Assembly: GCA_965222375.1 (NCBI GenBank) | Contig: CBDCTZ010000016.1 | Span: 2,528,001-2,592,000, forward strand | DNA length: 64,000 bases | Source of the DNA: Polyangiaceae bacterium | GTDB lineage: Bacteria > Myxococcota_A > Polyangia > Polyangiales > Polyangiaceae | Direction of reading: 5' to 3' | Part shown: piece by piece, positions 11,791 to 21,858 of the stretch | Layout: each line of letters begins with the position of its first letter | Numbering within the stretch: position 1 is the stretch's first letter | Made by a program: the position numbers and the translations under genes | The notes under the pieces: generated by a model | The model's input: the letters and a program-made list of their open reading frames with translations, nothing else | Databases searched by the model: none | What the model was told of the DNA's origin: nothing

Positions 11791-13245
11791 ATGCCAGGCA
11801 CTACCGACCACTTCTCTTCGCCTCTACCATTGTCAAGAGTTGCTACTTTCAAGAACACCAGCAGATCAATTGCGTTGCTCGTTGGTGGAGTGCTTTGCGC
11901 TTGCACTGGCGTTGTTAGCGGTGACTTCCGAGCGAGCAGCCGAGATGGCTCTGACTTTGTCGATGGCGGCAGTAGTACCGACGGCAGTAGTACCGACGGC
12001 AGTAGTACCGACGGTGGTAGCAATGATGCCAATACCAATACAGGGTGCTTGCCCGAGAACCCCAGGGTAACTGCTAATCCCTGTCCAGAAGGGCAGTACC
12101 AAGACCTGTCGGCCAGCCCACCGGTATGCCGCGATTTGCAATTGCCCGACATCGCATTTTCCTGCGATGAGCTCTCCGCCAATCTTCCATCGCGCAGCGA
12201 ATCACCTTCTTGCAGCGAGAGCGAGATCAAGTCCGCTCTACAGCGCTTGGAAAATCCCAGCGCCGGCGAAACACAAGGTGGCACTCTCAACCTACCGGGT
12301 GATTGCACGATTACCCTGGACGGTAAGTTCGTCGTCCGAGGCGACAACATTGTCGTGCAAGGAAACGGCCCGAAGAGCACAGTTTTTGAGGCGTCCAGTG
12401 GGCACGTTGTAGAAATTGACGGCGGCCGCAACGTGGTACTCCGAGATTTCGCCGCTCAAGGCACTAGAGCTGTAAAATCTAACGACAACCCGGACAATCT
12501 ACCCTCGCCCGTGATCGTCAAACCCGGTTCTACCAATGTATTGATTGAGCGCCTGGAGCTACGGGACGGCAAAACAGGTATTTATTTCTACAGCGCCTCC
12601 CAAGTTACGGTTCGCTACGTCGATAGCGGCTATCACTACTTCCACGGCGTTAGCACCAAGGAGTGCTACAGCCAAACCTGCTACGGGCCGATTACCAAGA
12701 ACTACTCGATCTATTCCAACGAAACCCATCACAGTGCCATCAATGAGCACGGCATTGACAGTCACGCGAGCTATGGCGAAGTTGCCGGCAACTACATTCA
12801 CGACACTGGCAAAGGTGCCAAATTGCCAGAAACCCAGTGCGTTTGGTTTCACCACAACAAGATCGTCAACGCCAACGACTACGGCCTCAAGATTTATCCC
12901 ATTACGGAAAATCGCTCCGACATGGTCCCCAAGAACATCGCCATCTACGACAATGTCTTTGAAGGAATTGGTCACAGTCCCAGCGGCGACAACTACGCCA
13001 TCCAAATCGACGCCACCAATTATCAAGGCACCCCCTTCACGGTTTCCGGATACTGGCTACTTCGCAATAGCTTCAGCAATCTCGCTGTCAGCACCCCGAT
13101 TCTACTTCGCCACGGAGAGAACCAGTACAAAGACTTTCACCGCTGTGCCGGTGGACAAGAAACGTTCTCGCGATCTGGTTTCGATTTGACCGATGAGAGC
13201 GATTGCGACTCGATAGAGCCCGCGACCTTCCTATGTAGTCTTTAG
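11791..13245 (+). CDS. Right-handed parallel beta-helix (pectin lyase fold) secreted/lipoprotein
   Basis: GVLCAC leader; GTLNLPG...DNIVVQGNG..STVF; NVVLRDF, NVLIERLEL, GEVAGNYIHDT repeats. Confidence 0.8.
   Translation: MPGTTDHFSSPLPLSRVATFKNTSRSIALLVGGVLCACTGVVSGDFRASSRDGSDFVDGGSSTDGSSTDGSSTDGGSNDANTNTGCLPENPRVTANPCPEGQYQDLSASPPVCRDLQLPDIAFSCDELSANLPSRSESPSCSESEIKSALQRLENPSAGETQGGTLNLPGDCTITLDGKFVVRGDNIVVQGNGPKSTVFEASSGHVVEIDGGRNVVLRDFAAQGTRAVKSNDNPDNLPSPVIVKPGSTNVLIERLELRDGKTGIYFYSASQVTVRYVDSGYHYFHGVSTKECYSQTCYGPITKNYSIYSNETHHSAINEHGIDSHASYGEVAGNYIHDTGKGAKLPETQCVWFHHNKIVNANDYGLKIYPITENRSDMVPKNIAIYDNVFEGIGHSPSGDNYAIQIDATNYQGTPFTVSGYWLLRNSFSNLAVSTPILLRHGENQYKDFHRCAGGQETFSRSGFDLTDESDCDSIEPATFLCSL
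11968..12014 (+). repeat. 15-nt tandem repeat x3 (GSSTD linker)
   Basis: ggcagtagtaccgac at 11968, 11983 and 11998, all perfect copies. Confidence 0.95.
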
Positions 13246-13498
13246 GCCGACTTGGTCGCATTCGCACACAGGGAACACAAAGGCTCTCTCGATTGACCTA
13301 CGTCGATTTGCTGGCCCCGCTGGGTCGTGTACGGCAGGATCGGGCTCGGCGGAAGGCGCGTGGGCGGGTGACCCGTGCACGAACGATGTGACGCGCCAGG
13401 GGCATCGTGCTGACTTCTTCGGCCTCCCCTTCATCGCACTCTCCCAGGACGGGAACATCCATGATTGCGTTCTCACCCATCAACTTTCTGTCCCAGCG

Positions 13499-13605
13499 GA
13501 GCGCTCGCCCTCGCCAGCCATCGTGGGGGACGAAGCTGAGCGATCCTGGGCCTCACGGGAAAACCCGAGAGCGCTCGCCCTCGCCAGCCATCGTGAGGGA
13601 AGAAG
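13499..13605. repeat. 37-nt direct repeat pair in intergenic DNA
   Basis: gagcgctcgccctcgccagccatcgtg(g/a)ggga(c/a)gaag at 13499 and 13569, separated by 33 nt. Confidence 0.9.
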
Positions 13606-13874
13606 ACCCTGACACAGGGCTCTGTTTCGTCTTCGTCGAAGAAACTGGTGAAGCGCGCTCGCCCTGGGACGGCGTCGCGAATACGGTGGCCTGACGGACG
13701 CGGCCATGCCGGGCGCTCGCGCACCCAACAGCGGGGCAAAGGACAGCAAGGACAAGCGGTGAAGGATGGTGAAGCAATCTGATCCCTTCCAGCGCTCTTC
13801 ACCGAATAGCCGCGGTTTGGGATGCCTGGTGGCGCTCAACGAGCCGGCGTGCAAAAGTCGAGGAATCCCCCAAC

Positions 13875-15425
13875 GTGGCCTTAACGAATGAACCGCTCGC
13901 GAACGAGCTGCCCGCGCAGCTGCCGAAACAGGTCGCTGACTACGACCTAATTTCACTACTGGGCGTCGGGGGCATGGCGACGGTAGCGCGAGCTATTCAT
14001 CGGCCAAGCAATGCCCCAGTCGCGTTGAAGCTCTTACATCCCCATCTCTATCTCGGGGACGAACGAATCGTCCGCGACTTCATTCGCGAGGCGCGAGTCG
14101 CGGCGCAGGTCTCGCACCCCAATGTTGTGCGTGTTCGCGATTTCGGATGGCGATCAGAAGGCGTTTATATCGTCTTGGACCTGGTTGAAGGCATGACTCT
14201 ATCGGAGCTCATTCGCGGCTGTCAGAGAAAGCCCGAAAAACTCAGCCCTGGCATCATCGCCCGCATCTTGGACGACATCCTAGGGGCACTGCACGCCGCC
14301 CACGAAGCGTGCGGCGAGGATGGCACGCTCCTTGAACTCGTGCACCGAGACGTATCCCCACAGAACATCCTAGTTGACCGCTCTGGAAGAGCCCTGTTGA
14401 CAGACTTCGGCATAGCCAAAACCCATGACAAAACCAGCGTCACCACCACCGGAATTGTCAAGGGCAAAGCGGGCTACCTCGCTCCGGAACAATTGCGCGG
14501 CCTGAGCGTGGACCGGCGCACAGACATCTGGGCCGCCGGAGTCGTAGCTTGGGAGATGCTGTGCCTAAGACGGCTCTTCCCGAGATCAGATATCGCGAAC
14601 GTCGCTCGAGCATTGGAAGGCGATGTGACTCCGCCAAGCAAGAGCGTCCCGGGACTCTCCCCAGCGGTAGACCGCGCCATCTTGCGTGCGCTTTCCGTGG
14701 ACGCCTCGGACAGATTTGAAAACGCCGAGCAGTTCCGGCGTGAAATCGTGGGCGCACTAATCGAGAATCACCCAGAGGCCAGCTGCAATAGCCTGGCCGA
14801 GGTGCTGCGCCAGGTTGGTCCAATTCCGGACAGATCGGGGCCGAACGTTGCCGTCGCGACCAAGGTTGAGCCCATCGTCCCTGCGCGGCGACGCGCAACG
14901 GCGAGCAAGCGGACGGCAGCGTCCTCGCAACGGATTGCGGGCAGCCCTCGGTCGAGGCGACTCTGGTTAGTACTCGCCGCTGCGCTCGCGAGCGGCGGTG
15001 CGCTCGCAACGGCGTGGGGCCTCAACTCAGCAAGCAGGCCCGCGAAACTCAAGCACGTCCCGCACTTGGCTATCGACGTGGGAACGACAGCTGCCCCAGA
15101 GCCAACCCGGAAAACTGAACTGAAGCGCATCTCGGTGGAAAGCGACGCTCCGCTGCGCGACCTTCAGGTGGGGACGCGGCGCATTCCGGTCGATGGCAAG
15201 AACAAGAGCTTTGAAATCGAGATCTCGGAGCAGGAAGCCGCTGTGGGAAGCATCCTGATTGCCCATTCCCAAAAAGGACAAGAAAGCAAAGTCCCGCTGA
15301 AGCCGGAGACGACGCGAGTCAAACTGCGGTTTTTGGGACAGCACCGTAGCGGGACAATCCCAACACGCACGAAAAAGCCGGAGTTGATCGGTTCGCCATC
15401 CTGGGCCAAGTCTCCAAAACCTTAA
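13875..15425 (+). CDS. Hanks-type Ser/Thr protein kinase with transmembrane helix
   Basis: LGVGGMATV, VALK, HRDVSPQN, DFG, APE, DIWAAG; TM segment LWLVLAAALASGGALATAW. Confidence 0.95.
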   Translation: MALTNEPLANELPAQLPKQVADYDLISLLGVGGMATVARAIHRPSNAPVALKLLHPHLYLGDERIVRDFIREARVAAQVSHPNVVRVRDFGWRSEGVYIVLDLVEGMTLSELIRGCQRKPEKLSPGIIARILDDILGALHAAHEACGEDGTLLELVHRDVSPQNILVDRSGRALLTDFGIAKTHDKTSVTTTGIVKGKAGYLAPEQLRGLSVDRRTDIWAAGVVAWEMLCLRRLFPRSDIANVARALEGDVTPPSKSVPGLSPAVDRAILRALSVDASDRFENAEQFRREIVGALIENHPEASCNSLAEVLRQVGPIPDRSGPNVAVATKVEPIVPARRRATASKRTAASSQRIAGSPRSRRLWLVLAAALASGGALATAWGLNSASRPAKLKHVPHLAIDVGTTAAPEPTRKTELKRISVESDAPLRDLQVGTRRIPVDGKNKSFEIEISEQEAAVGSILIAHSQKGQESKVPLKPETTRVKLRFLGQHRSGTIPTRTKKPELIGSPSWAKSPKP

Positions 15426-15458
15426 GAACCGGAGCCGGATCGGGCGCAAAGAGGAAAG

Positions 15459-16826
15459 CTAGTCTTCCTCACCCTGGCGATACTTAGCTCGCAAGCGTTG
15501 GAAGTGGCGCTTCGCGACGCCGGACCCTGCTGCGGCTCGAGCGACGCCGCCATGCTGCCAAACAGCATGATCAAGATAGCGCGCCTCGAAAAGGCTGACC
15601 AAACGGTTGCGAGCCTCGGGGAGCGGGAGATCCATTGCGAGGATCTGACCAATAACGTCACCAGCCATCGCTGCTGGCGCCCGCGCGGGGCCGGACGAAG
15701 TCCAATCCACCTCAGCAAGCTCTCCGAGGGCCAAGCGACGCGCCACGGCATTACGCAGTTCTCGAACATTGCCTGGCCAGGCGTAAGACTCCCATCGGGC
15801 CAACAATTCCGGGCTTAGGTCCTCGGCTCGGCCTCCGGCAGCCTCCCAGAAGTGCTCCGCCAGTAGCGCGACGTCCCCGCGACGTTCCCGCAAGGGGGGT
15901 AGCTCAACGCGAGCCACAGCCAATCGATGAAAAAGATCGTCGCGAAACCTGCCCTGTGTGACTTCCTGATCAAGATCACGGCGCGTTGCGGCAAGCACTC
16001 GAACATCAACTCGAATGACTCGCTCGCCGCCAACTGTGGTGACTTCGGAACGTTCCAAAACCCGCAACAACTTGGGTTGTAAGTCCAGGGGCAAATCGCC
16101 AACTTCGTCGATCAACAGGGTGCCGCCATGAGCCCTTTCGAAGACGCCCCTGCGCCGAGACGTCGCGCCGGTGAAGGCCCCCTTTTCATGACCAAACAGC
16201 TCCGATTCGAACAGGTTGGGCGGTATCGCCGTGCAATCAAGTACGCAGAAAGGCTGCTCCGCCCGACGACTCCTTTCGTGAAGTGCCTCGGCTAGGCGTT
16301 CCTTGCCGGTCCCGGTCTCTCCCTCGATGACGACGGAGACATCGGATTCCGCGAGACGTTGACACAACGGAAACAAGCGCCGCATTGCCACGCTTTTTCC
16401 GACGATCGGCCCAAAGCCAACCAGCTCTGAGATGCTTCCATCGTCTCGAGTCTCCTTGGCTCTGCCAACGGAGAGCACCGTCGACCCAAGCTGCACACGC
16501 TCACCGCCATTCAGGATTGCGGAGCCAACGCGAACACCGTTGACTGTGGTTCCATTGGTGGAGTCCAGATCGACCAACCTGAGCCCGGCGCCGGTCACAT
16601 CCAGAGCCGCGTGGCGCCGCGAAACAAGGGGATCGTCGAGTCTAATCTGACAAGCCGGACTCTTGCCGAACAAGACCCGCTGTGGATCGTTGGGCCTTAT
16701 TTCGTAGCCAGTACCGACTGACTGCCCTTCTATGACTTCGACACGAAACGCAACGCCCTCGACGGGAGGCAGGCGCATCTTTGGATGCGCAGTTGTTTGA
16801 ACATCATCGAAGCCTTCCTCAGACAC
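15459..16826 (-). CDS. FHA-domain sigma54-dependent enhancer-binding protein
   Basis: FHA motifs VSRRHA and DLDSTNGTTVNG; GETGTGKE, GAFTGA, IDEVGD, WPGNVREL; C-terminal HTH. Confidence 0.95.
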   Translation of the reverse strand: MSEEGFDDVQTTAHPKMRLPPVEGVAFRVEVIEGQSVGTGYEIRPNDPQRVLFGKSPACQIRLDDPLVSRRHAALDVTGAGLRLVDLDSTNGTTVNGVRVGSAILNGGERVQLGSTVLSVGRAKETRDDGSISELVGFGPIVGKSVAMRRLFPLCQRLAESDVSVVIEGETGTGKERLAEALHERSRRAEQPFCVLDCTAIPPNLFESELFGHEKGAFTGATSRRRGVFERAHGGTLLIDEVGDLPLDLQPKLLRVLERSEVTTVGGERVIRVDVRVLAATRRDLDQEVTQGRFRDDLFHRLAVARVELPPLRERRGDVALLAEHFWEAAGGRAEDLSPELLARWESYAWPGNVRELRNAVARRLALGELAEVDWTSSGPARAPAAMAGDVIGQILAMDLPLPEARNRLVSLFEARYLDHAVWQHGGVARAAAGSGVAKRHFQRLRAKYRQGEED

Positions 16827-16872
16827 AGCTCACCAGTTTAACACTCATCTTGTCGGATCCCAGCAGGCCCCC

Positions 16873-17817
16873 TTAGAAAGGCACTGCCACCGAGACTCGG
16901 GCACTCTGGGTTCTCGTTGGGGCGGTTAGCACCAGTGTCACACCCGTCAACAAGCTGACTCCGGCTGCACCCGCGCTAACAAGAGAATAGGTCCTCAACT
17001 CGATCGCACGCTCCCGCTGCTCGACATCGCGACTCCCACCATCAACGAATTCGTCACGCGCATCAAGAGTCAGTACTCCCAAGACAACAGAAGTGATTCC
17101 AAGAACAACCCCAGCGCCCACGGCCACAAAGCCCGCTGTCTTTTGAGCGCCCAAGCCCCCCGTATTGGGGGTCGATTTCGGTTCCTCGGTGCCGGCTTGC
17201 GAAGGCGGAGGCCGGGACACTGTTCTTGCTTTCGGTTCTAGCAGGTCGCTCAGCGAGACCTCGTAGCTTTGTGTTGCTTCCAGCTCGAGACGCTTGGCCT
17301 TGCCGCCGCTGCTCAATCGTAAGAAATGCACGCCGGCTTGCGCGTGCAAAGTTGCGGGGAGACGCAGCCGTCGCGTGCCATCCAAGATGGCTTGAGCACC
17401 TACCGGCGCTGTCAGCGTCAAGTAGGCCAGCGAACGCCGCAGCTCGGCCAAAGCCTCTGTCGCTTCCTTGCGGCGGTCAGCGTCAAGGCCCTTGAGCGAA
17501 AGAGCCGTCTGGAAAGCGTCGGCGGCTCGATCTGGCGACCCCGCCTTGCGCCATGCCGTCGCGGCGTTGAAGAGGGAGTTTGGATCGGGACGCAGGCGGT
17601 GCGAAGCTTCAAAGCCTTCCGCCGCGACAACATAACGTCCTGCTTTGTAGGCGACGATCGCTCGATCAAAGTGGTGCCGAGCTAGCTCGGACCGCTGCTG
17701 CGGCGGTTTTCGGGCTGAGTCACCGAACGCCGGTGCCGCCAGCAGGAAGCCGCACTCCAGGGCGAGCAGGAAATAGAACCAAGTGCGTCGCAAAACTTCG
17801 AGCATGAACTCTAGCAC
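16873..17817 (-). CDS. Secreted TPR + PEGA-like protein with hydrophobic C-terminus
   Basis: ARHHFDRAIVAYKAGRY..A...F (TPR), a beta domain, and two C-terminal hydrophobic segments. Typical myxobacterial architecture. Confidence 0.75.
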   Translation of the reverse strand: MLEFMLEVLRRTWFYFLLALECGFLLAAPAFGDSARKPPQQRSELARHHFDRAIVAYKAGRYVVAAEGFEASHRLRPDPNSLFNAATAWRKAGSPDRAADAFQTALSLKGLDADRRKEATEALAELRRSLAYLTLTAPVGAQAILDGTRRLRLPATLHAQAGVHFLRLSSGGKAKRLELEATQSYEVSLSDLLEPKARTVSRPPPSQAGTEEPKSTPNTGGLGAQKTAGFVAVGAGVVLGITSVVLGVLTLDARDEFVDGGSRDVEQRERAIELRTYSLVSAGAAGVSLLTGVTLVLTAPTRTQSARVSVAVPF

Positions 17818-17970
17818 GGAGCTATTACGTGTGCGTACCGATCAGGCGAAGAGTTTGGCAAGAGGCTCCCTAACCTCCCCGAGCTTGGACGGGCTTCCAG
17901 CCGTCGATGTCGCCCTGGCAATGCCATCGTTGGAGGCTCCTTACCGTCATGAACGACAGACTGCAGCTAC

Positions 17971-18861
17971 CTACTTTGATGCCCAACGAGCATTCAGGTA
18001 GTCGTCGACTTGCACTGCAACCTCTTCATCGAGCAGGCCGCGAACGAAAATCACCTCGTACAAGTCTCCGGAAAAAGGTCCAATTGGCTGTTGCGATGAA
18101 GTGAAAGATGCGCCAATCAGACTTGCCAGCTTGAGCGAATCGGTGGCGACCAGCAAACTAGGACGGGCGGTAGTTGCATCAGGCAGTTTTTGAACTCCGC
18201 CGACAAAGATCGAGATCTTCGCCGCCGCCTTACGAACCCTTAGTATGTGAACCTTGTCTTTCGCTAGCGAGCCGGTGGACACCTCGGCGCTGAGTTTCGT
18301 GCTCCCGTCGAGAGCCGCGGCTACGAAACTTGCCGTCTCGTAGTCGGAGCGCACCTGCAGAGCCGGAAGGCCAGCGCCAGCGTGGATAGTAAACAGGTTG
18401 CCGGTTCCTACGGCAACGGTCTTGGGGATGGCGGTGACCAACCACAGATTTAGATGCTGGTCGGTCACATCAACCAGGTCCTGACCCGCGGGCCCGTTCA
18501 GATGCTGCTGCGCGGTGGCGCTGAAAGTCACTTTTTCGGAGTTCCAAATGGGCTTCCAGGTCGACTTCAGCTGCAGGCAGTGGTTTTGCGCTAGAGAAAG
18601 GTCGGACCACTTGCTGACCTTGCTCTGGTCTAGTTCAAAATGGGACGGGGCACTGGCATCCAACCACAAACGCAGACCCGGGAGCTTGGCTGGCGTCCAA
18701 GGGTTTTCCTCGCTGGCCTCGGAAGCCTCCGCGACCTCAGCAGGCGCGTCCTTCAAGCTAGCGTCTGAGGCGTCAGCGGGTTCGTCCGTCGCCACCGGGG
18801 GAATGTCGCAGGACGATAGAGCCAACGCCATTGCAAGGACAGCAAGTGACGACCGCAGCAT
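17971..18861 (-). CDS. LamG/ConA-like jellyroll lipoprotein
   Basis: ALALSSC lipobox; WTPAKLPGLRLWLDAS, VSKWSDLS, FSGDLYEVIF...YLNARW. Confidence 0.75.
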   Translation of the reverse strand: MLRSSLAVLAMALALSSCDIPPVATDEPADASDASLKDAPAEVAEASEASEENPWTPAKLPGLRLWLDASAPSHFELDQSKVSKWSDLSLAQNHCLQLKSTWKPIWNSEKVTFSATAQQHLNGPAGQDLVDVTDQHLNLWLVTAIPKTVAVGTGNLFTIHAGAGLPALQVRSDYETASFVAAALDGSTKLSAEVSTGSLAKDKVHILRVRKAAAKISIFVGGVQKLPDATTARPSLLVATDSLKLASLIGASFTSSQQPIGPFSGDLYEVIFVRGLLDEEVAVQVDDYLNARWASK

Positions 18862-18946
18862 CGGGTCAATAGTAGGTGCCGAAGGAGCTTTCTCCAAGGC
18901 GGCGGCGCGTCAACAAGCAGGTTCTTGGATTTTTCGAGGCCGTCCG

Positions 18947-18963
18947 GTGACCCCCGAGGTCAC
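18947..18963. promoter_or_regulatory. Palindromic enhancer-like site 2
   Basis: GTGACC-CCCGA-GGTCAC (perfect 6-bp arms), with an extra GTGACC at 18970. Confidence 0.6.
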
Positions 18964-19027
18964 TCCACGGTGACCTGCCGTGTCGTCGCTCTCCCAGCAA
19001 CATCCGCAAGAACGTCAGCGGCGTTAG

Positions 19028-19043
19028 CGGCACAAACCTTGCT
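19028..19043 (+). promoter_or_regulatory. Candidate sigma54 promoter for beta-helix gene 2
   Basis: CGGCACAAACCTTGCT, close to the TGGCAC-N5-TTGC consensus. Confidence 0.65.
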
Positions 19044-19138
19044 GGTCCAATCGGGGAGACGGCCCTTTCGGCGAGCACGTTTGAGTGCTCACCAAGGGTA
19101 GCTCACTGCAGAGTCACATTCCCTGGAGACCTGGATCA

Positions 19139-20956
19139 ATGAAAAAGAAGACAAGCAAGATCTTGGCCGCCCCTGCAGTTATCGTTCTCAGTTGCGCAGT
19201 GGGCTGCGGAGCGGAGTCGGGTTCGCCGTTGGACGGCAACGCGGGTCAGGCTGGCACGGGTACAGGCGGAGACGCGGGCAGAGGCGGCGCCGCGGGACAG
19301 ACGGGAACCGGCGGCAACGCTGGTGCTGGCGGAAATGCCAGCCAAACTGGAGTTGACCCCTACAAGGAACTAGAACAACTCCACGTCAACGGGGAAGCCG
19401 CAAACACGAGTGACTCCAATCCCGGAACCAAGGACAAACCCCTGGCCACGGTTTCCGAAGGGCTGAGCCGAGCCGTGAAGAACCGGGGCGGCGGCAAAGG
19501 CACGCGCGTGTGGATTCATCCCGGGGTCTATCGTGAAACCGTCAAGGGAAACTACTCAGCGGCAAGTGGCGGCAAGCTCATCGTCTTGCAAGCGACGGAT
19601 GCCAACAAGGCCAGGATCGCGGGATCCGATTACTTCACTGGCTGGAAGAAGGACGCCGGGATCTACAGCCACACCTGGACCCAGGATTGGTTCACGAAGG
19701 AGTGCAGTGGTGGTTCAGGGAAAGAGGCGTGCAACCCCAACCCGGGTTCCCTGAGTGGGCTCGGAGTTCGCCGCGAGCTGGTCTTCATTGACGGCAAATT
19801 GCTAGACCCGCAGAAAACGCTGGCCGATACGCAGAAGAACGCCGCAAGCTTCTATGTCGATGAGCAAGCGGACAAGCTCTACCTGAACCCACCTAGCGGC
19901 GTGACCCCTGACAAGGCACTTGTCGAAGTCGGCATGCGTGAGCGGCTTCTAGAAGTCCGAGGGCTGAGTGATCTGGTGCTCAAGGGGCTGACCTTTGAGC
20001 ACGCCGTTACCAAGCAAAAAAGCACCGAAGGTGCGGTGAGGCTCGCCGACCAAGACAACGTTCTGATCGAGGACTGCCAGATCGTGCACAACAGCTGGGA
20101 TGGCCTCGGGCTTGCTAGCACGAAGGGGCTTGTGATCCGTAGGAGCAAGATTAACCACAACGGTTTCAACGGTCTGGCTGCCCATATCATCGAAGACACG
20201 CTGATTGAGGACACCGAGGCGTCGTTCAACAACTGGCGCGGCGGCAAGCTCGGTGGCCTCTATGGCTGGTCAGTAGGAAACAAGATCCTAAAAAGCCGCA
20301 AGCTACTGGTCCGGCGAATGACGGCCAATGACAACGATACCCACGGTCTATGGCTCGACTACGACCACGAAGATACCGTAGTCGAAGACTCGGAGTTTTG
20401 TCGCAATCGCGAAGCCGGGATCATCACCGAAGCCAATCAAGGCCCCATCGTCATTCGTGGCAACAAGCTCTGCGAGAACGGCAGCGGTCTGCAGACCCGT
20501 GAAACACACAAGCTCGACGTCCTCAACAACACCTTCACTGACAACTTGGTCGGAGTTCAGATCACCGGACAAGTCAGTCGCCCGGTCCGCGAGTTCGAAA
20601 CTTGCCAGAAAGGAGAGGAGAACAACTGCAACTGCGGCAAGACCAAGTGTATTCTGCCATCGGGTTGCGTATGCTACCGACTCAGCAACCGCAACTGGAA
20701 CGTCAAAGGAAACTCGGTAACCGGCACGGGCGACGGAAAGACCCAGAACAATGACAGTGACAAATTGATCTGGGGCTCCCTTAAAGAAGACGAGATAAAG
20801 GCGTTGTTTGAGAGTTCCGTCTGGGAGAACAACACGTACTTCCACACCCACGGCGAGGGCGTGTTCTACGTCGCCGGTTGCGGGTACTGGTCAACGCTCT
20901 CAAGTTGGCAAAGCTGCACCGGAGCGGACAAGTCATCGGTCTGGAAGAAACCGTAG
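19139..20956 (+). CDS. Right-handed beta-helix lipoprotein (DUF1565-like N-terminus)
   Basis: SCAVGC lipobox, Gly linker, SDSNPGTKDKPLATV, IHPGVYRE, NVLIEDC, GLWLDYD repeats. Confidence 0.85.
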   Translation: MKKKTSKILAAPAVIVLSCAVGCGAESGSPLDGNAGQAGTGTGGDAGRGGAAGQTGTGGNAGAGGNASQTGVDPYKELEQLHVNGEAANTSDSNPGTKDKPLATVSEGLSRAVKNRGGGKGTRVWIHPGVYRETVKGNYSAASGGKLIVLQATDANKARIAGSDYFTGWKKDAGIYSHTWTQDWFTKECSGGSGKEACNPNPGSLSGLGVRRELVFIDGKLLDPQKTLADTQKNAASFYVDEQADKLYLNPPSGVTPDKALVEVGMRERLLEVRGLSDLVLKGLTFEHAVTKQKSTEGAVRLADQDNVLIEDCQIVHNSWDGLGLASTKGLVIRRSKINHNGFNGLAAHIIEDTLIEDTEASFNNWRGGKLGGLYGWSVGNKILKSRKLLVRRMTANDNDTHGLWLDYDHEDTVVEDSEFCRNREAGIITEANQGPIVIRGNKLCENGSGLQTRETHKLDVLNNTFTDNLVGVQITGQVSRPVREFETCQKGEENNCNCGKTKCILPSGCVCYRLSNRNWNVKGNSVTGTGDGKTQNNDSDKLIWGSLKEDEIKALFESSVWENNTYFHTHGEGVFYVAGCGYWSTLSSWQSCTGADKSSVWKKP

Positions 20957-21071
20957 GCCCATCAACCAGTGACCCCTCCCGGGTGACGCATGGACGTTCG
21001 AAGTGCTGTTGGCGTCACTTGAGCGTGCCATAGCAGCTGGTCCCGCGCCGCTCGCAAACGGAATCAAGACC

Positions 21072-21614
21072 ATGAAGAGGGCCGCGATGGGGGGCGCAAT
21101 CCTAATGTTGACCAGTTCCAGCCTGGGCCAGGCAGCGCGCAACAGCACAGCGACGCCCTCCTCCGTCACCGTGGTCGCGGGCGCTGGATTGGGCGGGGGC
21201 AGCAAGCGCCTGGGCCCCATCCATGTGGCGGCGTCGTTGGATTCACACGTCTGGCTCGGCGAACTGGTCGGCATATCTGCGGGCGCCATCTTTCACAGTT
21301 CCGGCGCTCCCGATTCGCGCGGCGCAGGTGGACACTTCTATTCGGGAGCGCTGAGCCTTCGAACCAACTCTTCCGATGCCACAAGCTACGGCTTTATCAG
21401 CCTCGGCGCGGGCCTGCTCCACAACGACGGCTACGACCACGCTCATCACATCGAGGAAACGAGCTTTGATCAGCGAGGCTTGGGTTGGTCCGCCCAGGCC
21501 GGGGGCTTCAAACGCGGTCACTTCTTGGCTGCCGGGTGCGCACTGCAGGCCTACGGAAATCTCGACGGCAGCTTGGCGATAATGCCAAAGTTGCTGCTGG
21601 GTATCGATTGGTAG
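21072..21614 (+). CDS. Hypothetical exported protein (possible small beta-barrel)
   Basis: Signal-like leader, alternating beta strands, terminal Trp (LLLGIDW). Confidence 0.5.
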   Translation: MKRAAMGGAILMLTSSSLGQAARNSTATPSSVTVVAGAGLGGGSKRLGPIHVAASLDSHVWLGELVGISAGAIFHSSGAPDSRGAGGHFYSGALSLRTNSSDATSYGFISLGAGLLHNDGYDHAHHIEETSFDQRGLGWSAQAGGFKRGHFLAAGCALQAYGNLDGSLAIMPKLLLGIDW

Positions 21615-21765
21615 CCGCTTGCCTCGCTCTCGAGTTTGGCGAGAGACTCGACCAGCGGCTCAAGGAACGTGGTGCTCCAGCCCGTGATGACGTCGCATAT
21701 CCCCGCTGTCAGCCGCGCTCCGGCGTGCTGCGTGCGAGCAGCTTCCGGGGCCCAACCCTGTTGTG

Positions 21766-21782
21766 GTGACCCCCTAGGTCAT
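21766..21782. promoter_or_regulatory. Palindromic enhancer-like site 3
   Basis: GTGACC-CCCTA-GGTCAT, 15/17 identical to site 2. Confidence 0.6.
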
Positions 21783-21858
21783 CCGTCCCGCGTCGTGGTG
21801 CCCGTTTGTGTCACCAGATCTCGTACGCGCGTAGAGAGCAACAGCTGGCAAGGTCCGG

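Noticed and set aside
13499..13680. CRISPR array
   Set aside because: Only two good repeats, an irregular third fragment, no cas genes and no AT-rich leader. Kept only as a direct repeat.
18864..18882. Sigma54 promoter for the LamG gene (CGGCACCTACTATTGA, minus strand)
   Set aside because: Spacing is off by one, there is no GC at -12, and it is too close to the start codon.
20969..21024. Fourth enhancer/promoter (GTGAC direct repeats; TTGGCGTCACTTGAGC)
   Set aside because: Not palindromic, poor -12 element, and only about 40 nt between the elements.
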